A stretch of 64,000 nt of DNA. Origin: Octopus sinensis. Taxonomy: Eukaryota. Made by a program: the position numbers and the translations under genes. The notes under the pieces are model-generated. The model did no database searches. It was not told where the DNA came from and was given only the letters and a program-made list of their open reading frames with translations. Of this stretch, positions 26,015 to 40,961 are shown piece after piece. The stretch's first letter is position 1, and each line of letters begins with the position of its first letter. The stretch covers positions 98,022,001 to 98,086,000 of the forward strand of contig NC_043006.1 of NCBI RefSeq assembly GCF_006345805.1, given 5' to 3'.

Positions 26015-26571
26015 TGGTATAACAACACCTTACGTGTGTGAAGACCTTCTATAGCCTGGGGTGCCGGTCTTTCTCCCTTACCTACCCACTGTCTTCGGCG
26101 TTTGACATTTTTTTGTAGAGATCTCATTGTCACTAATCACTATCCAGCCAAAAAACGGTTCATTCGTGAGACGTGATAGCAAAGCTGAGCCCACATTAAC
26201 TCTCTGCAAGCGATTAGACTCGGAAGGTTTGTGAGACACCCATTGACCAAATTTACTGGCTTTTCCGATAACAAGCAAGTGTTGATGAATGGTCGAATGA
26301 CCAAATCCAAGTTTTTCTGCTAGTTTCTCAACATTAACATTAGGATTTTGTTCCAGCAGAGTTTGCAGGACGTCCTCGTCAAGCTCGATAGATCGTCCGG
26401 GACAAGGCTCGTCTTCGACGCTATAGTTTCTGCTTCGGAATTTCTTGAATCACCGTTGAGACTGGCTTACGATTATTGTCCGATCCCCATGTACTGCATT
26501 AATTCCTTGCACTTGCCATTGCGTTGTTGCCTTTATTAAACTCATAAAGCAAAATATGCCGAATATGCATA
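26015..26571 (-). pseudogene. Mariner transposase N-terminal half (second family), truncated
   Basis: HIRHILLYEFNKGNNA..EDEPCPGRSIELDEDVL..GKASKFGQWVSHK..KRRRQWVGKGERPAPQ..GLHTRKVLL. Confidence 0.85.
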
Positions 26572-26587
26572 TATATATATATATATA

Positions 26588-28078
26588 CAGGGTGCGTAAG
26601 ATATTTGAGGACATTCCTTTTTTGCTGCATTTGTTTCAGAAAATAATGATGACAGACCCTCAACTTACTCAACAAATTGCTGCTATTGTGGTCATATCTC
26701 GAATTTTAAAAGTTGCCAGATATTTCGTCTCCAAAGTTTGTGAGGAACTTGAGACTGAAGATGGAAATGTATCTCCAATACCAAAGCATAAAACACCATT
26801 CTGCACGCTCCGAAGTCATCACAACACGTGAATATATCCAGCAAGTTCCACAGCCCATTGATTACGATCCCAGAAAGTCCATGAGATCAGTTGCAAACGA
26901 CCTCCATGTGTCAGAAGGAAGTCAGAAATGTTGACCATGAAGACATTAGTAAAAGCAAAAGAAAATCACTACAACAGATCTAAAAAAGAACTGAAAAATC
27001 TAACAGAATATTTAATTTGATCTTTTCCAAACGAGAAATACTTTGACCAAGTTCAAAAAGTTAACAGAAGAAATGACAGATGATTATGTGCAGACCTTCT
27101 GAAGTTCCAAGGGTTATGCATACAAAATATCCTGAAACTGTCTTCATAGTTTTAGGGGTTTGTAGCAATGAAGGACAGGAGTGGCTGTGTGGTAAGTAGC
27201 TTGCTAACCAACCACATGCGTGGCACTTTGGGCAAGTGTCTTCTGCTATAACCCCGGGCCGACCAATGCCTTGTGAGTGGATTTGGTAGACGGAAACTGA
27301 AAGAAGCCTCTCGTATATATGTATATATATATATGTATGTGTGTTTGTTTGTGTGTCTGTGTTTGTCCCCCTAGCATTGCTTGACAACCGATGCTGGTGT
27401 GTTTATGTCCCCGTTACTTAGCGGTTCGACAAAAGAGACCGATAGAATAAGTACTGGGCTTACAAAAAGAATAAGTCCCGGGGTCGAGTTGCTCGATTAA
27501 AGGCGGCGCTCCAGCATGGCCGCAGTCAAATGACTGAAATAAGTAAAAGAGTTAAGAGTAAAGAGAGTGATGCCTCCTTACTACTTTCCACAAGGCCTTA
27601 GACTTAACTCTACTGACTACATTCAGGTCCTCAAAATAATTGATAAGCCCTGGATTGAAAGTGTATGCAATGGATGGTTATATGTATTTCAGTAATTCTC
27701 TGCACCATCACATATGGCTCTAGTAACCCAGGAATGGATGGCTGAAAATTTTCATGATCAGTTAACCCCTAACATTTGGCCTCCTAATTCTCCAGATCTC
27801 AATCAATTGGACTATTACATGTAGAGCATTGTTGAGAGAGAGGTCATTGGACTCGCCCATTACACCAAAGATTGAACCAGGATCACTTGATTCGAGCATG
27901 TCGATGATTTAGATCTCATATAGAAGCAGTTGTTGAACCTGAAAGTGGCTTTATTCAATAGCATTGTAGAAAAGAAGGTGAATTTTTATCCTCATAGCAT
28001 CCTTTAATAAATAAAGTTATGTTATTATATATCGGTTTTTTTTACATACATAAATCAGTCCTCAAAAACTTACGCACC

Positions 28079-28081
<3 letters not shown>
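26588..28081 (+). mobile_element. maT-like (DD37D) Tc1/mariner element with TIRs, degenerate, containing a SINE
   Basis: TIRs cagggtgcgtaagatatttgaggac (26588-26612) and gtcctcaaaaacttacgcaccctg (28058-28081), TA flanks. VMPPYYFPQGLRLN, WPPNSPDLNQLDY. I counted 37 residues between the D2 position (mutated, FQ*FSAPSH) and D3. Confidence 0.85.
27176..27566 (+). mobile_element. SINE family A nested in the maT transposase
   Basis: Interrupts ..CSNEG|VMPPY; has a small deletion across the B box. Confidence 0.9.
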
Positions 28082-28174
<93 letters not shown>

Positions 28175-29719
28175 GATGTGAAATATAGAACAGGCAATCA
28201 GTTTCTCAAAAATTATTTTAGAAAAATTAAATTTTATGATTAGTTCGTTGAAAGGCATTTTTTATTTTCCACTTAATTTAATTTTTAATTTTAATTGCCA
28301 TTGAATTACTATTGAAATAAAATTTAGATGGGATTATTATGTTTATGAACAAAAAGAAATATATAGTATAGGAAACTCTCGAGAAAATGAAGTTATAAAT
28401 TTAGTTTCTAAGAAAATGTTAAAATAATGAAGATGTTTCTAATTTTCTTGTAAAGTGTCTAAATATTTAAGTGGAACAGTCTTTATTTTGTCGTATTCAG
28501 CAGACTAATAATGAAAGATAAAACATACTTTTAGTTATCCTTGTAACATAGTTCCTATTTGTCTGCAAATGAAAATGTCTGAAGCTAGTTTCATCTTACC
28601 CCATTACTCGTTCTTCAAAAGAGCCTGGTCTCTATAGGGAAGTTGATTTCATCAAGTGTTTCCATCTGATTAAGACAGCATATCTTAATACAGAAAAATC
28701 CTCTATCTCCGCATTTATTTGAAAAACAAAAACATCAGCATGATAGAAAGCTTTCAGTATACTACCGGTGTACGAAGACATATGGTTATATGATATACGT
28801 GGTACACTAGAAATATCTTTAGCTAAATAATAAATGGCAGGCACGAACATGTAAACGAGTAACTGCTTTTTCCACAGTTTATTCACAAATTTCTGATTTT
28901 AGGGTTTTCCTGTTTCATGTAAATTTACTGTATATCTAAGCACAAACCTATGTATCCCAAGGCATATATACATAACATAGATCGATAAATAGATATATAA
29001 TAGTTTGAGTGAGCGAAGAGGTTCTAGGTAAGAACTTAGAGTATAATGACTTATTTATCTCGGCTGATCCGAAATAACAGGCAACTGGACCAGACAAAAT
29101 AAATAAATCACACTCAAACGTACACAGACACATACACACACAAGTACATACACATATCATACATACACATACATGCAATACACTCACAGATGAATATATG
29201 TATATGCACAATCAAATGCATAGCAGACCGAATAATGGAATAATAAACTTCAAACAAACTGCGCACTATTTGAAAGCCGTGTTTTGAGAAAATGATGTCT
29301 GCCCGAAACAATGTAGATGCGTATAACCTGTAGGTCAGTCTATGAATATCATGGGTAATAGTTGGGAGACAGTTAAATTGGGTGGAGAGATGACGGGCGC
29401 TGGAAACGAATGAAGGTGAAAGAGTGACAGAAATAGTTTGTAGGTGTATGTGTATCTGCGTGTTTGTGTCTGCGTGTGAGCGAGAAAGAGAGAATACGAA
29501 AGAAGAAAAAAAGAGCTAATGATCTGATTACATTGCCAAAGGAAATCTATTCCAGACTATGAACAGAAATGTAAAAAATATATATAAATCCGCTAAAACA
29601 GACGCATAAAAAATATTATTATGTCAGAAAAAGTAGAGGAAAAAATAATTTCTTTTCCGACATTATAGAAATAGTTTATGAGTTTTCACGCTACTCTGTT
29701 CATGACATGGCGATGTATA

Positions 29720-30022
<303 letters not shown>

Positions 30023-30023
<1 letters not shown>

Positions 30024-31030
30024 GTTCGTTTTTTAACCACTAAAGGTTCACAAAACGTCGGGGACGTCTTGTACAGGACTGTATAGGATGAAACAGTAAA
30101 AAGCAAAACAGACAAAAACTCTTAAAAATAAATAATTCCTCGAAAGCCGAAAACCTCTAGTAGGCAGACAGCTAGTGATAATATATAATGTAAGCATTTA
30201 CCACCTGTGTACGAATTTTCCGGGACAGCGATCTCTCGGTGTATTTCTGGATAAGATTGGCTACTCTCCTTATCTTTTCATCCCAGTTTTCCATTTGGAG
30301 AGCAAGGTGTTCCTAATAAAATGTCTAGACGTCTGAAGAAATCTTAATAGCCCCTGTCAGGAATCTTATAACTGTTGGTCTGAAAGCACCTCTCAGCTGC
30401 TCTCATCCAGAACCACGAACTTACATGTTGGGTCTGTGAAGATACAGCCAGACACTTCCGAATCAACACAGCCACTCTACCTCTCTATCCCAAGTGAGTT
30501 GAAAATGAATATACCTTGTATTCACAGTGTTGTTGATGCTATAACTGCAGGTGTTGTTTCTAGTTTTGTAGCTGTTTCTGCGACTGCATGCTGTTATTGA
30601 ATACTACTGTATCTGTTTTCGGTAATTTTGTTGTTTGTGTGGAGGTTGTGATGTTGTCAGTAGTGAAGGTCATGTTTCAGTTGTCATTTTCTATTGTTGG
30701 GGGATGGGTAGAAAGCCTTGACATAATTAGTGCTGTCAGACATGTAACATCAACGTCTTTTACGCTCTACTTTGCCCTGCGATGCTTCAATCCTGGAATA
30801 TCTATAAGCTCGGGAATCCTGTCCACATTTCATATTTCCCAGACCATTGCAGCCCAAATTTCATTTCGGATTCTTTACATTTCTAATAGAATGCTGTGGT
30901 TTTTGCAAAATCTTACATTTCATCATTCCACAGAAGTTTAGTTCTGATAGTATTCTAGATATTTTCACAGATCTATTTCCGACCAAGGATCCTTGGTATC
31001 AACGAAAAATCTTCTGCTGTTACTGGGACG
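30023..31030 (-). mobile_element. Degenerate Tx1-clade element with ORF1 relic and ORF2 reduced to two short pieces
   Basis: DFSLIPRILGRK and decayed knuckle CYMSDSTNYVKAFY (30708-30749). APE fragment RGRVAVLIRKCL / IFTDPTCKFVVLD / DFFRRLDILLGT joins directly to post-RT LQMENWDEKIRRVANLIQKYTERSLSRKIRTQVVNAYI. Confidence 0.7.
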
Positions 31031-31314
31031 TTAAAATGTTTATGCGCTAGGGTTTCCGAACGCGGTGGTCAGGAGATCACCCGTCCTCAAAAGGCTAGGA
31101 CAACATTGTGATATCCAAGGAGGCATGAAAAATGAATCTTCCCTGATTTTGCTCCAATTCTAATCAGGTTCTTTAATCTCGCCATTCGCATCCGACTTCC
31201 ATCGAGTGTTCTACTGGTGTGCGCCTACCTCTCTAATCTTTACACGTAGCTCCTAAACATATTTATGAGTAATTGGCTAAGGAGAAAAATGCCTGTCTTT
31301 AAACCCTGTACTTA

Positions 31315-32700
31315 GAGACTGCAAGAGAGGAAAACTAACTTAGCTATGTCGTGGATCGATTATCGTAAAGCATTCGATATGATCACACATTCTTGGAGTA
31401 CGGTATGTATGAACCTATTTAGTATTGCTCCGAATGTTGAGCGGTTGCTTGGAAAAAGTATGGCAAATTGGAGGACGGAACTAACAACATATGGAAGAGG
31501 TCTAGGGACAATAGAAATCAGGAGAGGTATCTTCCAAGGGGACTGCCTGTCCCCACTGATCTTTGTCCTGTGCATAATATCACTAACACTGATTCTGAGG
31601 AAAGCAAAAGCTGGTTTTGTATTCAAGAGCCGCCAACAAAAAGTCAGTCACTTGTTATTGCTAGATGACCTCAAGCTTTATGGTAAATATGTATCCCAAG
31701 TCAGTTCCCCCGTTCATACTCTGTATACGTTCAGTGCTGATATTAGAATGGAGTTCGGACTGAGAAAGTGTGTTGTTTTAGTCTTGAGGAGAGACAAAAT
31801 CAAATGTATGGACGCCCTAGCGATTTACGGTGGAGTACTTGCGCAGATTGAGACTGATCCTTAAGTCGAAATTAAGCGGGCAGAATCAGATCGAAGCTAT
31901 CAACTCCTGGGTGGTTTAATCCCTTAGATATAGAGCAGGAGTAATCGCATGGACAGTAGACGAACCAAACAGCTTAGACAGAAAGACAAGAAGTTTCTGA
32001 CTAGATATGGGATATTCCACCCAAAATGCGACACAATCATGTACCAATTATGTACCAAGTAAAACAGGGGGAAGAGGACTTATTCGACGCCACCACAGCA
32101 TTAGAGAAGAGAAAAACAACATAGCATAGTATGTAAAACATACCACAGAACTGCTATTATTGGAAGTAAGAAAGTCAGTCTTAGGTAGGAGGGATGATTG
32201 CAAGGATAAATCACTGTCAAGGGCTTATGAATCAAAATAGGTGGATAAAGAGAAGAATACATTGACAATTTCATGGGGATGTTGAAGATAAGACATACAG
32301 AATAAAAACATGTCTATGGATGTCTAAAAGTGATTTAAAATAGGTAACAGAGGTTCTTATCTATGCTGCTCAAGAGCAAATATTAAGGACCAATTACATC
32401 AAATACAGAATAGACAACACCTCAGAAACTGATAAGTGCAGAATTTATGGAGAAAATAGTGAGACTGCATGGCATATTACCACTCAATGTACGCCACTAG
32501 CCGAGAGAAAATATGAGAGATGTCATGACAATATAGCAATTATGGACTTAACAGAGCAAAAATGATAATGCGAAGATCCTACGGGATTTTAAGATTCAGG
32601 GCGACCATGACATAGAGAATAGGAAACCAGTCATGGTGTTAATTGAGAAAGAAAGCATACGACGGTGGATCGTACATATAGCTAGCAACAAGCTATGCGA
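31315..32700 (+). mobile_element. Degenerate R4-clade RT/ZnF/RLE fragment
   Basis: WIDYRKAFD, RRGIFQGDCLSPLIF, LLLDDLKLYG; later DKCRIYGENSETAWHITTQC and KILRDFKIQGDH. Confidence 0.85.
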
Positions 32701-32994
32701 TGAGGAATTGAACAACTGACACGGTAGAAACTGTGGAAAGACAACAAAATACTAATGAGTGTTTCTTTTATTTGCCACCTGAGTAAAGATGAGGAGAACA
32801 GTACAAAACAGGCATCAATTGTGGTGGTTTAGATATGATGAATTGAGAAAATGTTTATAAATGAATAGAACGTATGCACAGCATACAATAAGACAGGGAA
32901 GGAAAACAGGCATACTACACAATAGTAAAAATATAGTAAAACAGTCGTAAAATAGGAGAATGAAGGAGAAAGAAAAGGAGGAGGGAGAGGGGAA

Positions 32995-33549
32995 GAAGAA
33001 GAAGAAGAAGAAGAAGAAGAAGAAGAAGAAGAAGAAGAAGAAGAAGAAGAAGAAGAAGAGAAAAAGATAATGAGGAAGACGACGACGACGACGAAGATGA
33101 TGAGGATGATGATGATGATGATGCTGGTGTTGGGGATGATGTTGATGTTAAAGAATGATGTCTGATTTAAGAAGAACGCTTTCAGTTTTAAGATGATAAG
33201 CTCTGGTCGATATCATCGACACCAATACTTCGATACCGATGCTTTCTTTCAGTGCGCTAGTAGGGATGAAAGACTACACTGAGTTCAGCAAGGATTTGCA
33301 GAGAGTAAAATTCTAGAACATATGATACAATACTGTTTCACGAGGATCTTGGGACGCTCTTCCATTCACTGCGATGATAATGATAAGACTAATGATGTTG
33401 GTAACGATGATGATGATGTTGATGATAAGGATGATGATGATGATAATGATGATGTGGATGAGGATAATGATTATGATGATGCTAGTAAGGACGATAAAAA
33501 TGATGATGATGATGATGATGATGATAATGATGATGATAATAATAATAAT

Positions 33550-33584
<35 letters not shown>

Positions 33585-33685
33585 TAACAATAACAATAAC
33601 AATAATAATAATAATAATAACAATAACAATAAAAATAATAATAATAATAATAATGATAATAATAATAATAATATAATAATAATAA

Positions 33686-33718
<33 letters not shown>

Positions 33719-33722
33719 CAGT

Positions 33723-33769
<47 letters not shown>

Positions 33770-33776
33770 TAGTAGC

Positions 33777-33825
<49 letters not shown>

Positions 33826-33860
33826 ATAATAACAACAACAACAACATTAATAATAATAGT
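32995..33860. repeat. Compound trinucleotide microsatellites (GAA, GAC, GAT, AAT, AAC, AGT, AGC)
   Basis: Direct reading; tracts at 32995-33130 and 33370-33860. Confidence 0.9.
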
Positions 33861-34154
33861 TCCGAGTAACCTACTTGCATTTTCAAATCATAGGAATAGG
33901 AATAATAAGTATACAGTAAAATGTATAAAAGAAAGAAAAGGAATGTAATTTAGTTGCTGCAAAGATAATAGATGCTTAAGAAATGCGAAAAATATAACAG
34001 GCAATTTCCGTATATAAGTATAAGAATTTTTTTGTGAAAGTGTAAATTGAAGAGGGACAGTTTCCCAAACAAACCAGAAAAAGTATGCAAAACAAAAGAA
34101 AGAAACTGAGAAAGTAGGAAAAGAAGTATGACAGAAAGGATATGTATATACATA

Positions 34155-34188
<34 letters not shown>

Positions 34189-34225
34189 ATATATAATATA
34201 TATATATATTTATATATATATACAT

Positions 34226-34257
<32 letters not shown>

Positions 34258-34631
34258 ACATATATATATATGTGTGTGTATGTATATACATTCATATATG
34301 TATATATGTATATATATATAAATATGCATATATGAACATATATATATATATATATAAATATGTATATATGTACATATATACACAATATATATATAAGAAT
34401 ATATATAAATAATGTACATATATATATATGTATGTATGTATGTACATAGATATATATTTATATATATTTGTATATATATATATATATAATTTTACATATA
34501 TAAAAATATAAATATATATATATATATGCATATATGTATATACATATATCTGATCACACACGCACTCACACACACACACACAACACACGCACACACAAAC
34601 AGGGATAGATACACATACACACATTCGCACA

Positions 34632-34673
<42 letters not shown>

Positions 34674-35097
34674 TATAATATTCAGTACCAAGCCATATCT
34701 GACTTGAATATATGATAGAACACATGGATTAAATGAGATCAGGCGAAATAGATTCACGTATACTTAAAAAATAATAACAAAATTTATTTTCTCTCTTAAA
34801 ACTAAATGTGATCAAAAATATGTTATATTTCTAATTTAGTTTTGAAATGATGTTTCCTTTTCTTCTGTTCGATCTCTTCTTTTTCCGGCGTAATGTGTCA
34901 CGTTATTTTAATTTTCTTCTTTGAAAATGTTGGTTATATATTCCAGGTCTTTTAAAAATTTTTTTGTAATGGACTTGTAGTTCAGATGAACTCTTTAATA
35001 TGTTATATTTTAGTTGCTTCATAAAAGATACCACGTATACGTATGTAGGTGTGTACATATGAACGCGTAGGTATAATCTCACTCATTGATATGCTCA

Positions 35098-35138
<41 letters not shown>

Positions 35139-35576
35139 CATACAAACACACACATATATGAATATATATATGTAAGTACGTACGAACTTATTAATAAATG
35201 TGATATAAAAAGAGATTAGGTAAAATGAAGAAACATTTTCTTTGAAAAATATTCCATTCAAATTCAATTGTTAATATATAAGATAGATAACACGATATAC
35301 CATATTTTAGATTCTTCAATTATATGTGTGCCAAAACATCTTTTCTGCTCACCATCTTTGATAGCATGCTTTATGGAAGAAGTAAGTAACTTGACATTTT
35401 TGTTTTAGAGAATGATACAGAATTTTTGAAATAAGCATCGAAGATTATATATTCCATTTTCATTTTGCAATTTAGCACGTAGACGCAACAAACATACACA
35501 CAAATGCACACACACTCACACACACACACTCATAAATGTACATATGCACTATATATCATATCTATATTAAAATGTA

Positions 35577-35628
<52 letters not shown>

Positions 35629-35666
35629 TTTATATATATATATATATATATACATATTATATATTA

Positions 35667-35699
<33 letters not shown>

Positions 35700-35755
35700 A
35701 ATATTATAATATATATTATATCTATATATATATATATATATATATATAAATATTT

Positions 35756-35792
<37 letters not shown>

Positions 35793-35822
35793 TATATATA
35801 TATATATATATATTAATATATA

Positions 35823-35862
<40 letters not shown>

Positions 35863-35863
35863 A

Positions 35864-35913
<50 letters not shown>

Positions 35914-36131
35914 TAATATATATATATATATATACATGTATATATACGATACATATAAATTCGTGCACGCGCACATACACTTACATATATTTATACTTCA
36001 TTTGTCGAGGCATAAATTTTAACTTTATGCAGCGAGTTTCAGAATTCCATGCGAAGCAATAGATAGAGCATAGCTTTATGCATAAAATTCTACTTCTCTT
36101 TCTAAGTACTCCACCGTCTGTTTTTCGCAAT

Positions 36132-36193
<62 letters not shown>

Positions 36194-36344
36194 TATATAT
36201 ATACATGCGTATCCACATACATATATATTTTATATCCATGGGTAAGCACATAGATATATTCATATGTTTAGTACATAATAATTTGTAATTTTTGCATCAC
36301 AAGAAATATCTAGTTGGGGAGCTAACTCTACTACAATAACTGCA

Positions 36345-36472
36345 GTATTAGACCGATTTCCTAATTTTTCGACCCCGAAAGTATCAAAGGCAAAGTTGAC
36401 CTCGGCAGAACTTGAACAATGACGGACGAAATGCTGCTAAGCCTTTAGACTAACAGTTCTGTCTACTCGGCT
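36345..36472 (-). mobile_element. SINE family B, degenerate
   Basis: tcgaccccgaaag...ggcaaagttgacctcggcagaacttgaac...gacgaaatgctgctaagc. Confidence 0.7.
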
Positions 36473-36482
36473 TGTGAATATG

Positions 36483-36484
<2 letters not shown>

Positions 36485-36516
<32 letters not shown>

Positions 36517-36612
36517 TGTATGTATGTATGTATGCATGCATGTATGTATGTATGTATGTATGTATGTATGTATGTATGTATGTATGTATTTATGTATGTA
36601 TGCATGTATGTA
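36485..36612. repeat. (TATG)n microsatellite
   Basis: Direct reading. Confidence 0.95.
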
Positions 36613-37559
36613 TGTATTTATATATATATATATATGTATGTATATACATATATTTATATATGTATATATGTATAGATATATTTATATAGATATATTTACA
36701 TGTATATGTATATGTATATATACAGTCATACACATATACATATTTATGTCTACATAAATACACGTAGTCGTACAAAAATGCATACTCCTTCATGGACACA
36801 TATATATAAATTTATTCTATGCGTGATTATTCATATGTGTGTGTATGTGCGTGTGTTTCCAATATATTTATATATAATGTTGTGTAATTCATTTACCCAA
36901 TGATAATATACATTTTAAATGGTTTTAGTTCTGTAATTATTTTTAGGATTTTAACACATGTTGTTTTTACGAGGGTGGAGGATGTTTTCAAGATAAACCA
37001 TTTATATAATTACCACAATTTATATTATTTTCAGAATGTGTTAGTGACAAGTAAATTGGAATGAATTACCCATATAGATATGTAAAATACTTGAAAAGAG
37101 ATGTTAGGGTAAAACATTATATGTCGAGTTATCTGTGTCTTATCCCTCAATAGGCGTATTAGAGCTATTGTGAATTGCGATAAACACGATTTTTGAAATA
37201 TAAGGCACACAAATCTTTATACAAAGGCGTTATAATAACCTTTTATCCGCCATTATCTCTGTGTAGTAAAACGAAATAAGAGCGCGTGAAAAGGGGAAGA
37301 AAGAGAAATAAAGAAAGAGGAGGACATAGAGTGGGAGACGGAGGATAGATGAAGGGAAGCGATAGGGAATAAACCAATAGAAAATACGTAAAAAGAAAAC
37401 AAAAAATCCACAACAAGCGCAACACTTCTATAGAATGGCTTTGTTGAAGACATATGATGCATGACACTCAATTATTTAGTTTTATGTTGCTTTTTGCATT
37501 TGTTTTGTTTTTATCCTGATTTTGCTTTAATTCTATGAAAATGCAGAGATACAAGACTT

Positions 37560-37960
37560 GTGCATGATGATGACGATGATGATGATGATGATAATGATGA
37601 TAATGATGATGATGTTATTAGATGTGGTAGTGGTTATGATGGTAGTTGATAATGATGCTTTATTATCATAATGATAATAATAATAATAATAATAATAACA
37701 ATAATAATAATAAAACATCATCCCAATCAAGAAAATCTAAAACCACAATAATAATAATCATGATGATGACGATGGAGTTGATGATGATGATGATGAGGAG
37801 GAGGAGGAGAAGAATTATGGTGATGACAACGACGGTGATATTAATGATGATGATGACAGTAGCAGTAGATGCAGTCGTAGATGTAGTAGTAGTGGTGGTA
37901 GTAATAGTAGTAGTAGTATTAGTAGTAGTAGTAGTAGTAGTAGTAGCAGCAGCAGCTGCA
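37560..37960. repeat. Compound GAT/AAT/GTA/GCA microsatellite
   Basis: Direct reading. Confidence 0.85.
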
Positions 37961-39131
37961 ACACTAAAATATCAGCAGTTGTAGTAGAGATGACAGTTGC
38001 ACGATAATTCCAATAGTAAATTAGAATAGAAAGACAGAAGAGAGAGAAATGCGAGAACTGAGAAGTTCTTTTAAAGCAACAAAGAAAATAGATCTTAATA
38101 ATAATAAAAACTCGAAGGAAATAAATCGATATATGGACAGATAAAAGGGAGTGTAAACAATCAAATGGTATTATATTCTCGCCAAAATATCAGCTACAAT
38201 TTATTTATGGTGTTATTATTACTTTTGTCGTTATTTTAAGTTGGTTTTCTTATTTTTTTTCTCCTCTTCCGCCATTTTCTCTTTCGTCTTCGTTCTCTGC
38301 TTCTTAGTTTTTTTTCTTCTTGTTCTTCTTAATCGTGTTATTGTGGGAAACAATTTTGTTGTTATTGTTAATGCTATTGTTGTTCTTATGTGTTTCTATA
38401 TTCAGAAATGTACACAGTTCACATAGGAGTGTAAGTTGTCTTAAGGTTGCTGGGAAGAATCTTCTGATGTATCGTAGTTCTAACGAAATGCAATGAACCA
38501 GTAAGTCAATAGATTGGTTTTTCACTTTCAAATTCTTACAAAAATAAATAACACAAAAAAATGCAACCAAAAAAAATGCGTATGTAGGTATAAAAAACAA
38601 AAGAATTTAGATATAATCTTTAAACGAAAAAAAATAATAAAAAAACTATTTACTGAATAGGTTAGAAAAAAGAAAAGGAGAGATAATATGAATTTACAGC
38701 AAACTAAGTACAAAGCAACATATAAGACAATGGATCATACACATACATACAGATACGCACAGACACACACTCACACACACACACGCACATATATATATAT
38801 ACGTACAAACACATGTAAAAAAACAGTTAACTTTCAACAAGTCTAAAACTGTAAGTTCAAAACATCATGCTGCGTCCAAGACAAGATAATCCAATACAAT
38901 ACATAAGCAATATTCTGCTAGAATGAATTCACAGCGATCAAAAACGAACTCTAATTTATTGTTATATGTAACTCAGAGCTCGAAACTGGGACCAACATAT
39001 TCGTCTTCCCTGCACGAATATAAGGGATTCTCAATGTTCACTGATGCACAATATTCAGATCTAGATAATTCTGCATTGTGGGGACAATGTCATGATCAGA
39101 ATTGATAAACCAAAAACCAGAACATACCAGC

Positions 39132-39505
39132 GGGCGTATGCACAGGCGTGGTAAGAATTTACTTCCCGAATATATGGTACTGGGTTCAGTCCTACTCAAC
39201 TGCACCTTGGGTAATAAGTGTTTTCTATTATAGACTCGGGCTGAGGAAAATCTTGTAAGTATACTCTGTAGATGGAAACCTAAAGACTCCTTGGGTCTAT
39301 ATTTGTTTCCGACCACCACTTGACAATCGATGGTGGCCTGTTTACGCTCTCGTAACTTAGCAGTTCACCAAAAAAAGCACCAGCAGAAAATGTACCAGGA
39401 TTAAATAATGATAAATACCGAGGCCGATTCATTCGGCTAAATGTCTTCAAGGCTGAGTACTAGCATGGCCACTGATTAATGAAGGGAACAAGTAAAAGAT
39501 AAAAG
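39132..39505 (+). mobile_element. Old, diverged relative of SINE family A
   Basis: gggttcagtcc, ctagcatggcc, acaagtaaaagataaaag tail; lacks the internal microsatellite. Confidence 0.7.
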
Positions 39506-39593
39506 TTACTCATATACATATATGAATATGTGCATGGGCTTTTGCAGGTGCATACTGTAGCTTCAGACACTCACATATATATGTGCATCTGTA

Positions 39594-39636
<43 letters not shown>

Positions 39637-39738
39637 ATATATGTATATATGTATATACTTTATTTAAAGCATATTACTCTACCACTGGTATTTGAGTACT
39701 CTTTTTTCCACCTTGTTTCACATTTATGTGTTTACTCC

Positions 39739-39801
<63 letters not shown>

Positions 39802-39847
39802 GAGTATGTAATGTGTGTGTACAGATATGTATGTGTGTGCATATGTA

Positions 39848-39899
<52 letters not shown>

Positions 39900-39910
39900 T
39901 TATTTAAGAC

Positions 39911-40197
39911 AGTGGTTAGTGCAGCGGACTCGCGGTCGGAGGATCGCGGTTTCGATTCGCAGACCGGGCGTTGTATGTGTTTGTTGAGCGAAAATACCTA
40001 AAAGCTCCACGAGGCTCCGGCAGGGGGTGGTGGCGACCCCTGTTGTACTCTTTTGCCCCAACCTTCTCTCACTGTCTTCCTGTTTCTTGAGTATCGCTGC
40101 GATTGACTGGCGTCCCGTGCAGCTGGGAGGAACGCATACGCCATAGAAACCGGGAAACCGGACCCATGAGTCTGGCAACGTTTGAGAAGGGCGCATA
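39911..40197 (+). mobile_element. tRNA-derived SINE family C
   Basis: Head agtggttagtgcagcggactcgcggtcg..ggtttcgattc matches the reverse of 48265-48572. Confidence 0.85.
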
Positions 40198-40208
40198 AAT
40201 GAAAAAAT

Positions 40209-40927
40209 AAAAATATTTAAGAAAATATATCTAGGGTAGAGAAATTAGAACAAGTTTCTACCAGTGGCTAGCATGCATAAAATAGTCAAAACAGGTTTCG
40301 AACGTTAAGTCGGCACATAGATTTCTATTTGTTGCCGACTATAACTGTGCTTGCGCGGTAGATTTGAAACATTGTAATGTATAAATATGGAACATGTGCT
40401 CTCCATTTGTCCCATAAATGCCCGTAAATTATCAGCACCCTTGTTGATGAAGATTACAGAAAACAAATGATCTTATTTGTTCATTAATTTAAAAAACCCA
40501 TGTACAAGTGGTAACTATTGAAAATGGTTTTATTTTTCATCCCCTTCGAAGTTACTCTTAACCGTGGTTTGGACTTTGTTCCTTTTATCGTGTAACGTGT
40601 CCTGTTACGGTCACCTCTTTTGTGAATGAATGAGCATTAATTTGATATATATATATATATATATATGAATAAAAAATGGAGTTAACATACATGAATATAT
40701 ACATATTTTAGAAATAGCAGCCAAAAAATCTTACCTATTTCTTCTACTATAAGAAAAATCTTCCAGACAATGCATCTTTCGTTATTTTTCCCTGGTAACT
40801 ATTTATTTATTTTTTATTTATTTATTTATTTATTTCTAATTTCTCTACCCTACATATATTTTCTTAAATATTTTTTCCGTGCTAATTGTTAACAAGGTAA
40901 AAATACACTCATCTATTATATATATAT

Positions 40928-40961
<34 letters not shown>

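Noticed and set aside
33322-34757. Long low-complexity ORFs (poly-D/N/V, poly-IY); likewise at 8338-9602, 17411-18476, 22861-23729, 35504-36903, 61957-62450
   Set aside because: Microsatellite translations with no stop codons and no coding signal.
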